This document shows, in pieces, positions 9,854 to 19,489 of a stretch of 64,000 nt of DNA. The DNA is from a phage. The position numbers were made by a program, and so were the translations under genes. The notes under the pieces were generated by a model. It had not been told where the DNA came from, made no database searches, and saw only the letters and a program-made list of their open reading frames with translations. Every line of letters begins with the position of its first letter. Position 1 is the first letter of the stretch. The stretch lies in assembly GCA_025830695.1 (NCBI GenBank), contig GCA_025830695.1_4111.2. One strand, written 5' to 3'.

Positions 9854-10195
9854 ATGATTTATTACACTAACATGTTTGCCTATGCTGTTGCTTGCATTTA
9901 CATTGTGTACTTCTTATTCGGTGGAGTACTGTGCTTCTTTAAGTACAAAACGTTGTTCAACCGAATGTACCCAAATCATCCAATTGTAGTTGTACTTTTG
10001 ATTCTTTCAGTTTCTCAAATAATCGTTGAAACTACAATGGGTATCAGTAGTGTACATTATAGTTTTGGCACTATAGTAATTATTACTATGCTTATTGCAT
10101 ACATTTTAGTACTTGGATATGGTATCTTTGGTAATATTGGTATGAAAATGTATCATCGAATTAAAACATTACGTGATAATCTACCGGAGCGTTGA
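9854..10195 (+). CDS. small membrane protein, paralog family M1
   Basis: In-frame ATG after AAGGA; C-terminal NLPER tail. Confidence 0.55.
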   Translation: MIYYTNMFAYAVACIYIVYFLFGGVLCFFKYKTLFNRMYPNHPIVVVLLILSVSQIIVETTMGISSVHYSFGTIVIITMLIAYILVLGYGIFGNIGMKMYHRIKTLRDNLPER

Positions 10196-10196
10196 T

Positions 10197-10541
10197 ATGT
10201 ATAATTTGAACCTAATCTCATATATTATAACAACACTGTTTACATTCTATGCCTTTGTTGGTATAATCCTACTGTACTTTAAATTTTATAAAGTGTTTAA
10301 CCGTTTCTATCCTTCAATGGAGAATGAGTTTTTCTTTGTGTTGTACGTAGGTTACACATTAATGGCTACATGTTTCACTGTAGCCGATGGTGTCATCGGC
10401 ATTAAAACTGATTCCCCAAATGGTAGTACGCTGGTTGCATTTATTCTTACTGGATTCCTTGCAACTTATATAGCCTTCATTACAACATGGTCAGTGGTTG
10501 AATTTCTCTTGCGACTACGAAAGAATATGCCAAATCGATAG
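10197..10541 (+). CDS. small membrane protein, paralog family M1
   Basis: ATG 1 nt after upstream stop; C-terminal NMPNR tail. Confidence 0.55.
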   Translation: MYNLNLISYIITTLFTFYAFVGIILLYFKFYKVFNRFYPSMENEFFFVLYVGYTLMATCFTVADGVIGIKTDSPNGSTLVAFILTGFLATYIAFITTWSVVEFLLRLRKNMPNR

Positions 10542-10550
10542 GAGACATAT

Positions 10551-10805
10551 ATGTTTGCGTTGCGTAATAAAAACACTAAAGAATTATTATGTATTGATAC
10601 CGTATGGGATTGTGCGGGATCAACTACAGTTCTTGAAGAAGGAACTGGATATTGCGTGTTTGTTGTTCATGATAGGAATGAACTCGAATTATTACTTGCT
10701 GAGTTCAATGCTGGTGGTAATCCTAACAGTACTGAATACCCTGAGATTATCAATCCAGCACCACCAGGCTCTTATGAAATTCTACAACTGTGGGAGTTGA
10801 AGTAA
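10551..10805 (+). CDS. hypothetical protein (84 aa)
   Basis: ORF with AGGAGA SD. Confidence 0.55.
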   Translation: MFALRNKNTKELLCIDTVWDCAGSTTVLEEGTGYCVFVVHDRNELELLLAEFNAGGNPNSTEYPEIINPAPPGSYEILQLWELK

Positions 10806-11185
10806 TGCGTCAAATGCACAAAGTAACCGAGCTAAACAAGCGTCTGGTTAAACAATCAATGTTCGAGGATAAAGAGTCTTATTATAACTTTAAACGTGCT
10901 GTAGAGGCTGCTATCCACATTCAGAAGCTTAAAGAACGTGGTTGTATTATTCTGGAAAATGGGTCGGAAGTTGTAACGGATGACTTTAGTGTAGCGTTTG
11001 ATGTTTCACCTGACGGGACGCTATCAATGCCCCGCTTAGGAACTGGAAACATGACTGTTTGGGTTGGCTTCACTATGGGGAATGTACCTGGTACTGTATA
11101 CGTAGATGATGCAGAATTGAAAGACAGTTTCAAAAACTTATCTTATCTTGAACCACAATACGCACATGAAATGAATTTATTTTGA
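10805..11185 (+). CDS. hypothetical protein (126 aa)
   Basis: ATG overlaps upstream stop. Confidence 0.5.
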   Translation: MRQMHKVTELNKRLVKQSMFEDKESYYNFKRAVEAAIHIQKLKERGCIILENGSEVVTDDFSVAFDVSPDGTLSMPRLGTGNMTVWVGFTMGNVPGTVYVDDAELKDSFKNLSYLEPQYAHEMNLF

Positions 11186-11186
11186 G

Positions 11187-11243
11187 TTGACAAACACATT
11201 CCGTACTATATAATGCTTATCAAGGGGATGAACTTCTCATCCC
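11187..11243 (+). promoter_or_regulatory. promoter (TTGACA-16-TATAAT) + 5'-UTR stem-loop (PeSL-like)
   Basis: TTGACA 11187-11192, TATAAT 11209-11214, hairpin GGGGATGA-ACTTC-TCATCCC. Confidence 0.6.
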
Positions 11244-11261
11244 TACAATCGAGGAACTACC

Positions 11262-11816
11262 ATGATTACTTTTAAGAAAACTGCTAACCACATCCATGAA
11301 ATCTACATTAACGGTCACAAAGCTGGCCTTCTTCGTTTACTCGCCCATCACCCTGATGCTACCGTATCTGATAATGAACCTAAAGATTGGCGTGTCTTTT
11401 TCTTTGGAAAGTACAGTGATTTTCAAGTATCAAACCTGAAGAACATTCGTTCAGTATGCACGTTAACTGAAATTAAAGAAAAGTTAGCACAAGCATTGAA
11501 AACTAATCCAGATGGTGTTCTTCCACCTGATAACTTTGTAGAGAAAGGTTATGCCTTAGCTCATTTCAAAGATGGTACTATTCAATCTATCAGTACTGAA
11601 TATGAATATCATTGGACTGAGTACTTCACTTATGGTTCGAGTAATACATTGATGGATTCACGTAGTAAATTGGAAGAAGTACTGACTCGTATGAATGAAC
11701 GCGAGCGTCAGTTATATGACAAACCAGAAATGTGGAGTTCAACTTACATTGACCGTATTGACTATGTTATTATGACTCCAATCTTTGACACTGCTTACTA
11801 TGATTCTTTGAAATAA
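11262..11816 (+). CDS. hypothetical protein (184 aa)
   Basis: ORF with GAGGAA SD. Confidence 0.6.
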   Translation: MITFKKTANHIHEIYINGHKAGLLRLLAHHPDATVSDNEPKDWRVFFFGKYSDFQVSNLKNIRSVCTLTEIKEKLAQALKTNPDGVLPPDNFVEKGYALAHFKDGTIQSISTEYEYHWTEYFTYGSSNTLMDSRSKLEEVLTRMNERERQLYDKPEMWSSTYIDRIDYVIMTPIFDTAYYDSLK

Positions 11817-11827
11817 GGATAACTTAT

Positions 11828-12004
11828 ATGAAACTACGTACTCGTAATCGACTGATGGATGCACTGTACCATGAACAGCTTTCACTGAATGAAGTGAAGC
11901 GTCAGTTAATGTACACATATCAGTTTCCCGCTCGCATTGCAAAACAACGTGCTAAAGAATTGCTGAAAGAAGCAATCGAGTACTGGGAATCTGATTCATA
12001 CTAA
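11828..12004 (+). CDS. hypothetical protein (58 aa)
   Basis: AAGGA SD; below track cutoff; fills gap. Confidence 0.4.
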   Translation: MKLRTRNRLMDALYHEQLSLNEVKRQLMYTYQFPARIAKQRAKELLKEAIEYWESDSY

Positions 12005-12043
12005 TATTACGTGATATGTCACGTTAATTAAGTGAGGCGATAA

Positions 12044-12304
12044 ATGAAAATATTATTAGTTCTAATACTACTAATACTACTAATAGTTTTACCATTTACT
12101 TTAGTATCCCCTGAACTTGCATGGAATGTATTTGTGTACTTAGTATGTACTATTGTAGTAAATGGTATCTTGTTCTTAGTTCTATTCATAAATGGAATAG
12201 GACACGGTGGAGGATGGACCAGTACTGCTGATATTGTACATAAAACCACTATGTCTTTATTTGTAATGTGGAATTTGTTCTGGACTTGGTTTGTGTTCTT
12301 CTAA
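12044..12304 (+). CDS. small membrane protein (86 aa)
   Basis: GAGG SD; two hydrophobic helices. Confidence 0.55.
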   Translation: MKILLVLILLILLIVLPFTLVSPELAWNVFVYLVCTIVVNGILFLVLFINGIGHGGGWTSTADIVHKTTMSLFVMWNLFWTWFVFF

Positions 12305-12312
12305 TTAAAAAT

Positions 12313-12684
12313 ATGAATATAGATTTGAAAGGTGCAACACGAACTGTTATCCTCATTGGGGAATATGCTATCAAGATTCCAACCTTTAAAAGTTGGAAGC
12401 TATTCTTAACAGGGATGATAGCTAACCTCAATGAACGTTCGTGGATGCAGTACTCCAAACGTAGTGATAGTAGTATCTGTCCTACGTTGTGGTCATCATG
12501 TACTGGACTAGTAACTGTACAGAAACGTTGTAAGCCAGTGCAACATAGGGGTTTATTTTGGGTGGAGTTGTGTGCTTTAGCATTGAATTCAGAGTTAAGT
12601 ACTGACTTCTTCTATTCAGATGCGAAGCCAGAAAACTTTGGATATCTGGATGGTAAGTTAGTTAAACTTGATTATGGAGATTAA
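12313..12684 (+). CDS. kinase-like motif protein (123 aa)
   Basis: DAKPENFG...KLVKLDYG resembles kinase catalytic loop and DFG-like motifs. Confidence 0.5.
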   Translation: MNIDLKGATRTVILIGEYAIKIPTFKSWKLFLTGMIANLNERSWMQYSKRSDSSICPTLWSSCTGLVTVQKRCKPVQHRGLFWVELCALALNSELSTDFFYSDAKPENFGYLDGKLVKLDYGD

Positions 12685-12685
12685 T

Positions 12686-12955
12686 ATGTACGCATTGTAT
12701 AATAAAGAAAAGAAACGATTTGCTAAGGTTGAAATTTCGATTGATACGTTTGATATGTTGGAGTACTGTATTGTAACGGACCTATATGCTAACTTGTATT
12801 ACGTTCTTGATGACGTATCAGTACTGCAACGATTGCTTGAGAATTCCAAAAGTCAATGCCAGGGCATCCATGATGGTTCATCCTATGAAACTCCTGAGTG
12901 TTCATATGGCTATCTGGACGGCTATGAGATTGTTAAGTTGGGGATCATTGAATAA
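12686..12955 (+). CDS. hypothetical protein (89 aa)
   Basis: ATG after GGAGA, 1 nt after upstream stop. Confidence 0.5.
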   Translation: MYALYNKEKKRFAKVEISIDTFDMLEYCIVTDLYANLYYVLDDVSVLQRLLENSKSQCQGIHDGSSYETPECSYGYLDGYEIVKLGIIE

Positions 12956-12961
12956 AGAAAA

Positions 12962-12986
12962 GGGTTGACTTCGGTCAGCCCTTTTT
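12962..12986 (+). terminator. intrinsic terminator GGGTTGACTTCGGTCAGCCC + T5; stem TTGACT 18 nt upstream of TATAAT
   Basis: Hairpin plus T-tract; TATAAT at 12989-12994. Confidence 0.85.
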
Positions 12987-13022
12987 GCTATAATTATTTC
13001 ATCAAGACGAGAGGATGAATAC

Positions 13023-13538
13023 ATGACACGCATTAACTTAGTACACGTTAAAGAACTTGCTGACCAACATCTGATGGCTGAATATCGTGAACTCCCACGT
13101 GTATTTGGTGCTGTACAAAAACACGTTCAAGCACGTAAGCGTGTACGTGATTTCAAAATTAATAGTACTTATCTGTTAGGTTCAGGTCATGTGACATTCT
13201 TTTACGACAAGTTATTGTACTTACAGAAGCGTCATATTGATATTGTCAACGAATGTCTGCGTCGTGGTATGAAGATTCAAAACACTGAAGTAAACGACAT
13301 TAGCGGCTTCCCTGCTGAGTTTTGTAATGACTACGTACCAACGGAGTCAGAGATTAAAATGTCTCGTGATCGTTTGATTGAGAAGCTCCAGATGAAGCCT
13401 ACGTGGTATAAGTTTACTGATGTTGAATGTCCACAGTACGTTAAAGATATGCAGAACGTAAGTAGTAAGAACGAATCTAGTACTGATATGTTCGACGAAA
13501 TTGAAGAACAAATCAAAGATGAAATGAATAATTATTAA
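13023..13538 (+). CDS. denV: pyrimidine-dimer DNA glycosylase / endonuclease V (171 aa)
   Basis: N-terminal ~130 aa closely match T4 endonuclease V ([40 protein letters not shown]); extra acidic C-terminal tail. Confidence 0.93.
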   Translation: MTRINLVHVKELADQHLMAEYRELPRVFGAVQKHVQARKRVRDFKINSTYLLGSGHVTFFYDKLLYLQKRHIDIVNECLRRGMKIQNTEVNDISGFPAEFCNDYVPTESEIKMSRDRLIEKLQMKPTWYKFTDVECPQYVKDMQNVSSKNESSTDMFDEIEEQIKDEMNNY

Positions 13539-13576
13539 AGGAAAGGGTTGACTTCGGTTACACAAAGGAACATAAC

Positions 13577-13771
13577 ATGTTATTAGTATATTCAACGCGT
13601 TTCTGGATTTCTTTTATTGTACTATCGCTAATCGGCTTCGGTTTGAGTATACTCTTTTCGTGGGATGAATTGGGTACATGGTATTATGAAGTCCCGTGGT
13701 ACATGAAGATAGCTCCTTGTTATGCGGCATTGTTCGTGTCATTCCTTCTTGTTGTCTTCAGCGAGGATTAG
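13577..13771 (+). CDS. small membrane protein (64 aa)
   Basis: AAGGAA SD; two hydrophobic helices. Confidence 0.5.
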   Translation: MLLVYSTRFWISFIVLSLIGFGLSILFSWDELGTWYYEVPWYMKIAPCYAALFVSFLLVVFSED

Positions 13772-13822
13772 TTGATGTAGTATGTGATACACCAAAGTAT
13801 TTGGATATTTGATATATAAACA

Positions 13823-13851
13823 TTGACACCTGTTCTATCTTTCTGTATTAT
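13823..13851 (+). promoter_or_regulatory. sigma70-like promoter (TTGACA-17-TATTAT)
   Basis: Consensus -35 with 17-bp spacer upstream of 13878 gene. Confidence 0.55.
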
Positions 13852-13877
13852 GTACATCACCAAATGAGGAATACAAC

Positions 13878-14237
13878 ATGGCATCTTTAAGTGAAATCGC
13901 AGAATACAACCCACTAACAATCTCAACAATTCAACGTACAAAAACTTTTTATTTCCGTCCTGCTGATGGATGGAAACGTGGAATGAATGGTGACTATCGA
14001 GTACTGGAAGATTCGCTCATCGAGCGTATCAACTCTGAACTACAGAACTATGAAGGTGTTAAAGTTGTGCGTTCAACTTCTCGTTATTTTGAGTACTACA
14101 TTGAGTCTTCAACTGTAAATGAAAACTCATCATTATCGGTGGACAACACTGATATTCTTCGTAATGCAGTTGGTATGTTATGCAACATTGCAGAAGAAAT
14201 GGGATTAACTATTAGTACTATGAGTGAATTAGAATAA
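13878..14237 (+). CDS. hypothetical protein (119 aa)
   Basis: ORF with GAGGAA SD. Confidence 0.6.
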   Translation: MASLSEIAEYNPLTISTIQRTKTFYFRPADGWKRGMNGDYRVLEDSLIERINSELQNYEGVKVVRSTSRYFEYYIESSTVNENSSLSVDNTDILRNAVGMLCNIAEEMGLTISTMSELE

Positions 14238-14243
14238 CATAAA

Positions 14244-14268
14244 GGGTTGACTTCGGTCAGCCCTTTTT
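14244..14268 (+). terminator. intrinsic terminator GGGTTGACTTCGGTCAGCCC + T5; stem TTGACT 18 nt upstream of TATAAT
   Basis: Hairpin plus T-tract; TATAAT at 14271-14276. Confidence 0.85.
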
Positions 14269-14304
14269 GCTATAATCATTTCATCAACTGAAGAGGGTAA
14301 AGAA

Positions 14305-15075
14305 ATGACCAGAGAAGCACGCAGCATTCAAATTCAGAAAAACTTCAACTCCATGATGGTTGCTCTTGAGTGTTTGCTCGATGATAGCAGTACTGTAAAA
14401 AGTATGGTTGTCAGTGGTGCTCCTGGTGTTGGTAAGACTTACACCTTGTCCCAACGTCTCCAGAAGGCTCATGACGCAGCAGAATGGAACGTAGCTACTA
14501 TCAGTGGTAAGATGACTACACTGGCTCTGTACGAAGTTCTGTACAAGAATCGTCACAGCACCAACGTGTTAGTACTGGATGATATGGACAGCATCTTTGA
14601 TTCAGAAGACGGTATGAACCTGCTCAAAGCAGTACTGGACAGCGGTAAACGTACTGTGTCTTACATGACTAGCTCTAAGTACTTAACCACTAACGGTATC
14701 CCTAACAGCTTTGATTTTAACGGTCGTATCGTATTCATCACTAACAAAGATTTAGCATTAGATGCTAAAGCTAAAACGAAAATGTCTGCTCACTATGCTG
14801 CTCTTATGTCTCGTTCTGTATACGTTGACTTACAGATTCAGACCAAAAGCGATATCATGATTCACATTGAGAACGTGATGAATCAGACTAACATTTTAGA
14901 ATCTAAGGGTATTAACCGTAATGGTAGTAAAGCAATTCTGAACTGGATGTTGAAGCACGAAGATTCTCTTCGTTCACCTTCACTGCGTATGCCACTGTTG
15001 ATTTCGGCAGTATATAACAACAACCCATACGATTGGGAAGAGCAGTGCGAAAACTTGTTCCTTGAGAAAATTTAA
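14305..15075 (+). CDS. P-loop NTPase / AAA-like ATPase (256 aa)
   Basis: Walker A GAPGVGKT and Walker B-like VLVLDDMD. Confidence 0.7.
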   Translation: MTREARSIQIQKNFNSMMVALECLLDDSSTVKSMVVSGAPGVGKTYTLSQRLQKAHDAAEWNVATISGKMTTLALYEVLYKNRHSTNVLVLDDMDSIFDSEDGMNLLKAVLDSGKRTVSYMTSSKYLTTNGIPNSFDFNGRIVFITNKDLALDAKAKTKMSAHYAALMSRSVYVDLQIQTKSDIMIHIENVMNQTNILESKGINRNGSKAILNWMLKHEDSLRSPSLRMPLLISAVYNNNPYDWEEQCENLFLEKI

Positions 15076-15082
15076 TTCCATA

Positions 15083-15111
15083 TTGACAGTACTACCATAG
15101 TGTAGTACTAT
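15083..15111 (+). promoter_or_regulatory. sigma70-like promoter (TTGACA-17-TACTAT)
   Basis: Upstream of M2 membrane-gene cluster. Confidence 0.5.
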
Positions 15112-15140
15112 AACTTAATATTCACCACCGGAGATACGAT

Positions 15141-15479
15141 ATGCTTGAGTTTTTTAATTCAGATACAATGATTAGTATTACTTTGATTTATCTGTTTGGT
15201 TTTTTCTTTTATCATGCACTGGTTGTAGTACTGTGGTATTTTAAAAAGAAAATTGTTTTTAAACTGTATCCAGTAAGGAATTCATCACTAGTTCTTTACA
15301 CACTAGTTCAAGGTTTGTTTGCAATTGTTGGTCTTATGGCACACTTAATTTATTGTGCCAATCCTCACTTGAACTCAATCTCACAATATATTGTATTCTT
15401 TGGGTTGTTCATTTGGTTAGTTGTATACTTAATCCATCTCATTATTCATGGTAGAGATAAAATTCGCGGAGACTTCTAA
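15141..15479 (+). CDS. small membrane protein, paralog family M2 (112 aa)
   Basis: First of seven coupled hydrophobic ORFs. Confidence 0.55.
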   Translation: MLEFFNSDTMISITLIYLFGFFFYHALVVVLWYFKKKIVFKLYPVRNSSLVLYTLVQGLFAIVGLMAHLIYCANPHLNSISQYIVFFGLFIWLVVYLIHLIIHGRDKIRGDF

Positions 15480-15826
15480 TGTTTGAAGCTTATCTTGAGT
15501 TTTTAAGGAGTAGTTCAGTTGCACATTCACTTGCAGGGATTATTCTAACAACTTATGTATCATTTTGGGTAGTTATGTTTCTAGGATGGTATTTTAAACG
15601 ACAATTCTATAAACGTAATGGTGAAGATTTTATGAATTCTGCCATTAATCAATCGTTGTTTGCATCAACATTGATTGCATGTATTGTAGCAACACTCACA
15701 GGAAAGGTACTACCAGCTTTTTCCGCAGTTTACGGCACACTTGGGATGATATGTTTAACTTTTATATTGACCATTAAAATTTGTTGTGTTATGATTGAAC
15801 TTCGAAATAAGATACCGGAGGAATGA
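15479..15826 (+). CDS. small membrane protein, paralog family M2
   Basis: Stop/start overlap; C-terminal KIPEE tail. Confidence 0.55.
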   Translation: MFEAYLEFLRSSSVAHSLAGIILTTYVSFWVVMFLGWYFKRQFYKRNGEDFMNSAINQSLFASTLIACIVATLTGKVLPAFSAVYGTLGMICLTFILTIKICCVMIELRNKIPEE

Positions 15827-16161
15827 TGGAGTACTTTATTGATTTACTGCCGTGGTATATGAAAGTTAGTACCATGTACTATATTATTAGTGCTGGATTC
15901 TACTTTCTGATGTGGTTCTTTAAACGACCAATTTCAGTATTCATCGCTGATAACATGCTGCAATTAAAATTACACGCATGGTTTGGTATGGCGATGATTA
16001 TGCCTATTATTCACTACTCAATGATTAGTAGAGGTTTCCGTTCTAATGGTGAACCAATTGTATTAGTATTCTATTGGGGTTCAACTATTGCATATGTAAG
16101 TTTGTTGTTGTTCCCAGTCGTTCATAAGTTACGTGCTAAAGTTCCTGATGCGAGGTACTAA
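15823..16161 (+). CDS. small membrane protein, paralog family M2
   Basis: ATGA overlap with upstream gene. Confidence 0.55.
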   Translation: MMEYFIDLLPWYMKVSTMYYIISAGFYFLMWFFKRPISVFIADNMLQLKLHAWFGMAMIMPIIHYSMISRGFRSNGEPIVLVFYWGSTIAYVSLLLFPVVHKLRAKVPDARY

Positions 16162-16475
16162 TGGATATAGTAACATTGATTTACACGTTGTATTCATTCT
16201 ATTTCATTATGTGTTGGGTTGGATTTTTATTTGTACTCAAGATGTTTGATTATGTTGAAAAACAGATAAAAGAATTTTGTATTCCTTTTATCGGTTCAAC
16301 CATTATTAGTGTTTCTTGTGTGTATTTTTTGGTTTTTGATCCACCAGATAACACTGCAATGATTGACTTGATGTTACTACCAACAACTGTTACTTTTTTA
16401 TGTAGTCTGATGCCGCCGATTAGCCGTGGACTAACAGAATTTAGACGCAATCAAAAGCGTAAACGAGGGATGTAA
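16161..16475 (+). CDS. small membrane protein, paralog family M2
   Basis: Overlapping stop/start; C-terminal KRKRG. Confidence 0.55.
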   Translation: MDIVTLIYTLYSFYFIMCWVGFLFVLKMFDYVEKQIKEFCIPFIGSTIISVSCVYFLVFDPPDNTAMIDLMLLPTTVTFLCSLMPPISRGLTEFRRNQKRKRGM

Positions 16476-16843
16476 TGGAAATTGCTCTTATTATCTTAAC
16501 TGCTATGCTGTTTATTAGTACTGTGGTTATAATTGGTAAATTCTTTTGTGTATCATTTTTAGAAACGGTATACGATGAAATTGCTGATGATTATGAATTA
16601 CAAGCCGGATTTTTCATTACGTATTGGCTTAGTTTATTTTGTCTAGTCATTGCTTGGATTTTACATATCTTTAAATGGGGTATGGTAGACGGTGATCCTA
16701 TTATGGCAATTATTGTTCTAGTGTTTGGTATCCTTGGTGGTGCAGTGCATAATCTAATGGTTATCTGGCAAACTGTTCAATATGTTTTGGTTCCCTATTT
16801 CGAAAAGATGCACAGTACAATTAAAAAACGTAAACGAGGTTAG
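16475..16843 (+). CDS. small membrane protein, paralog family M2
   Basis: Overlapping stop/start; C-terminal KRKRG. Confidence 0.55.
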   Translation: MEIALIILTAMLFISTVVIIGKFFCVSFLETVYDEIADDYELQAGFFITYWLSLFCLVIAWILHIFKWGMVDGDPIMAIIVLVFGILGGAVHNLMVIWQTVQYVLVPYFEKMHSTIKKRKRG

Positions 16844-16844
16844 T

Positions 16845-17207
16845 ATGAACGGGATAGAATTATCTTTCGTTGGTCAATTACTAGTAATGGCGTATACATT
16901 TATCTTCTCACTGAATGCATTCGTGTGCATTGGGAAGTACTTCCATAAGCGACCATTATCAAATATATATGATGTAATCCAAAAGAGATATAGTCCAGCA
17001 TATACTGTGTTGGGTACAGTATTCAATTTTGGTTTTATTGTATTAATAATTGGACTGTTCACATCCTCTTTGAATACAATAACCTTCGGTCTTATGATAT
17101 GTTCATTGGTATTAGCCGTAATTATATGTTGTTTAGTACTGCACCTTGTGGTACTATTGTATATAAAGATCTCTGAAATCCACCAACGTTTGGGTATGAG
17201 GAAATAA
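16845..17207 (+). CDS. small membrane protein, paralog family M2
   Basis: In-frame ATG right after upstream stop. Confidence 0.5.
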   Translation: MNGIELSFVGQLLVMAYTFIFSLNAFVCIGKYFHKRPLSNIYDVIQKRYSPAYTVLGTVFNFGFIVLIIGLFTSSLNTITFGLMICSLVLAVIICCLVLHLVVLLYIKISEIHQRLGMRK

Positions 17208-17208
17208 T

Positions 17209-17580
17209 ATGAGTTACCGTGAGATATTTTCCATTATTTCAATTATTATGTTCAGTACTGGAACACTGGTATGGTTATTATACTTCTTCTGTATTAATCC
17301 AGTGTATAATATGTTATGTAATATTAAATCAAGTGCCGGATATATCACTTTTATGGTCTTTATGGGATATTATTGTCTAAGCATTTTAGGTGTTGTTTTG
17401 GTTGTTATATTTGATGTGGGACCAAATAGTGATGGTATGGAAATACATGAATTAATAACCATGTTTGGATGTATGATACCAACAGCACTACTGTTTGTAG
17501 CTACTGGTAGTGGATTGATAAAATTATATAATTATTTAAAATCCATTCATAATTCCATTCATAATAAGCGTATGTCATAA
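17209..17580 (+). CDS. small membrane protein, paralog family M2
   Basis: ATG 1 nt after upstream stop. Confidence 0.55.
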   Translation: MSYREIFSIISIIMFSTGTLVWLLYFFCINPVYNMLCNIKSSAGYITFMVFMGYYCLSILGVVLVVIFDVGPNSDGMEIHELITMFGCMIPTALLFVATGSGLIKLYNYLKSIHNSIHNKRMS

Positions 17581-17587
17581 TAAAAAA

Positions 17588-17609
17588 TCCAGTACTATTA
17601 AGTACTGGA
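17588..17609 (+). other. palindromic hairpin TCCAGTACT-ATTA-AGTACTGGA
   Basis: Perfect 9-bp inverted repeat with two AGTACT copies. Confidence 0.5.
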
Positions 17610-17622
17610 TGTATAAGGAGTT

Positions 17623-18285
17623 ATGATGAAATCAAAATTAGGTTTGTTTTATAAAAACTATTTTGTTAAACAACGTAAATTTATAAAAAAATATTTCTCT
17701 GGCGAGAAGTCTAGTCCTATAATCTTTAAAAGACCAAGTTATAATACTTACTTAGCTGGTGCTAAACAGTCTAAGAAATTTATTACTCTTTTACATAAAA
17801 ACAAAATTAAAGCTTCTTATGTTGAAACGAGAAGAAACTCATCAATAACTCCTGGTGATTTTATTGAGTACGGATGTTTCAATATTAAGTACAATGATAA
17901 TACATACTTTATGGATATTGATTGTAATACATCCAATCTTTTTAACATTGTAGTAAATCCATTAAAACAATATAATGTTTATGGTGATTCTATTATCAAA
18001 TTAATCAAAAACAAAGATAGCTTTGATTTTGAAATAAATGTTTTAGATGATAATTTTGACGAAGTACCAGTAAACCCTGAAATCTGTGATATTTTAAACA
18101 GTTTAAAAGGTAGTACCTACAATATATCATCTGATTTAATGTTTCAGTACTCATTAATCCATAAAGATATTGAAAAGTATATTGAATGCTCCAGAATTTT
18201 GAATTTTCTCTATGATGAATTTAAAAAGAGTTCTAAAATAACTGCATACACTTTGTACAATATTCCTAAAATGGTGAATCTTTGA
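17623..18285 (+). CDS. hypothetical protein (220 aa)
   Basis: AAGGAG SD; end converges on minus-strand array. Confidence 0.6.
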   Translation: MMKSKLGLFYKNYFVKQRKFIKKYFSGEKSSPIIFKRPSYNTYLAGAKQSKKFITLLHKNKIKASYVETRRNSSITPGDFIEYGCFNIKYNDNTYFMDIDCNTSNLFNIVVNPLKQYNVYGDSIIKLIKNKDSFDFEINVLDDNFDEVPVNPEICDILNSLKGSTYNISSDLMFQYSLIHKDIEKYIECSRILNFLYDEFKKSSKITAYTLYNIPKMVNL

Positions 18286-19418
18286 CAAATACAGTACTGG
18301 CAACTCCACCGTCTGTAATATTTTGTCCAGTACTGTAAATTTGTATACCATCGGTTAAGTAAGTTCTGTATAAAGTTGCTGTAACATATACGTTATTCAT
18401 ATTCATCTCTGTTGGTAGTACACATTTGGTATAGGCCGACACATCGGTTTGTGTACCTATACCTAATTGTCCTGCGTTATCGCCTGTGTTATTACCAGTT
18501 GCGTAAACACCCAATGAAGTTATAATATGATTAGAAAAATATGAATAACCTACACTGCTTCTTATTATATCGCCAGGTGCTTGTGTTGTTTGTCTTAACG
18601 AAATATATGTTTGTGATGTAGAACCATTTGCTAACTGACCAAAGTATTGACCACCACCATGATATGCAAATAATTTATTAGTACTATTATTATTTGCTAT
18701 AGCAAAAGCAAAGTAACTTGAGTTTGTTGTATAATCTTTTACTGTATAGGTATTAGTTATTTGAGAACATAACGTGTACTTTGAATATAACGTCATGTCG
18801 GTTGTACCTACGCCTGATATTGCACCAGTATAATACAATCTTCCATCGGTTCCAATAAAACCTTGCATAAGAAAATTTGCCAATATTTTGGATGGTGTAA
18901 CTCCAGTAGGTACTGTTCCTTGTACAAATGATGAAAGTGAATCAGTACTTCTACCATTTCCTAGTTGACCATAACTACCATAGCCTGTATTCCATATAGT
19001 GTTGTCTGTGCATAATACGCTCAGTGCTCCTGCACTAACTACAATTTGTTTTATTGTTTTGCCTAGGGCTGTTATTCTATCAAACACTATCTTTGCAGAA
19101 GACCACGTTGTTGACTTATCAGTTGATAAACCGAATGATGCACCATTTCCAGCGTACCACATCGTATTATCTTTCTTTTTTATTAAGGTTGACTCATACC
19201 CGCACCCATAGATCTTCTACGTTTGTATTGCATAAAACCCATTTCGTTTGTGTTATAATATTACCTATACCCATTTGCCCAAACTCTTGAGAGCCTCTAC
19301 TGTACAACGTACCATCTGACATAAGGGCAAAAACTGTCGTATCAGATGAAGCTATTTTTGTAACAGAAGGTTGTATGTTCTTTTTTGATGATGTGATAAT
19401 TCTTCCAAAGGGTAGCAT
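18266..19418 (-). pseudogene. RCC1-like repeat protein, disrupted copy (paralog 1)
   Basis: MLPFGRI N-terminal fragment stops at 19194; rest resumes at 19162 in another frame after a 31-nt A-rich gap. Confidence 0.5.
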
Positions 19419-19489
19419 TGTATCCTCCAAATGTAAATCGTTATTATATTTAGGACAAAAAAATGCCAGTACAAAATACTGGCTTTATT

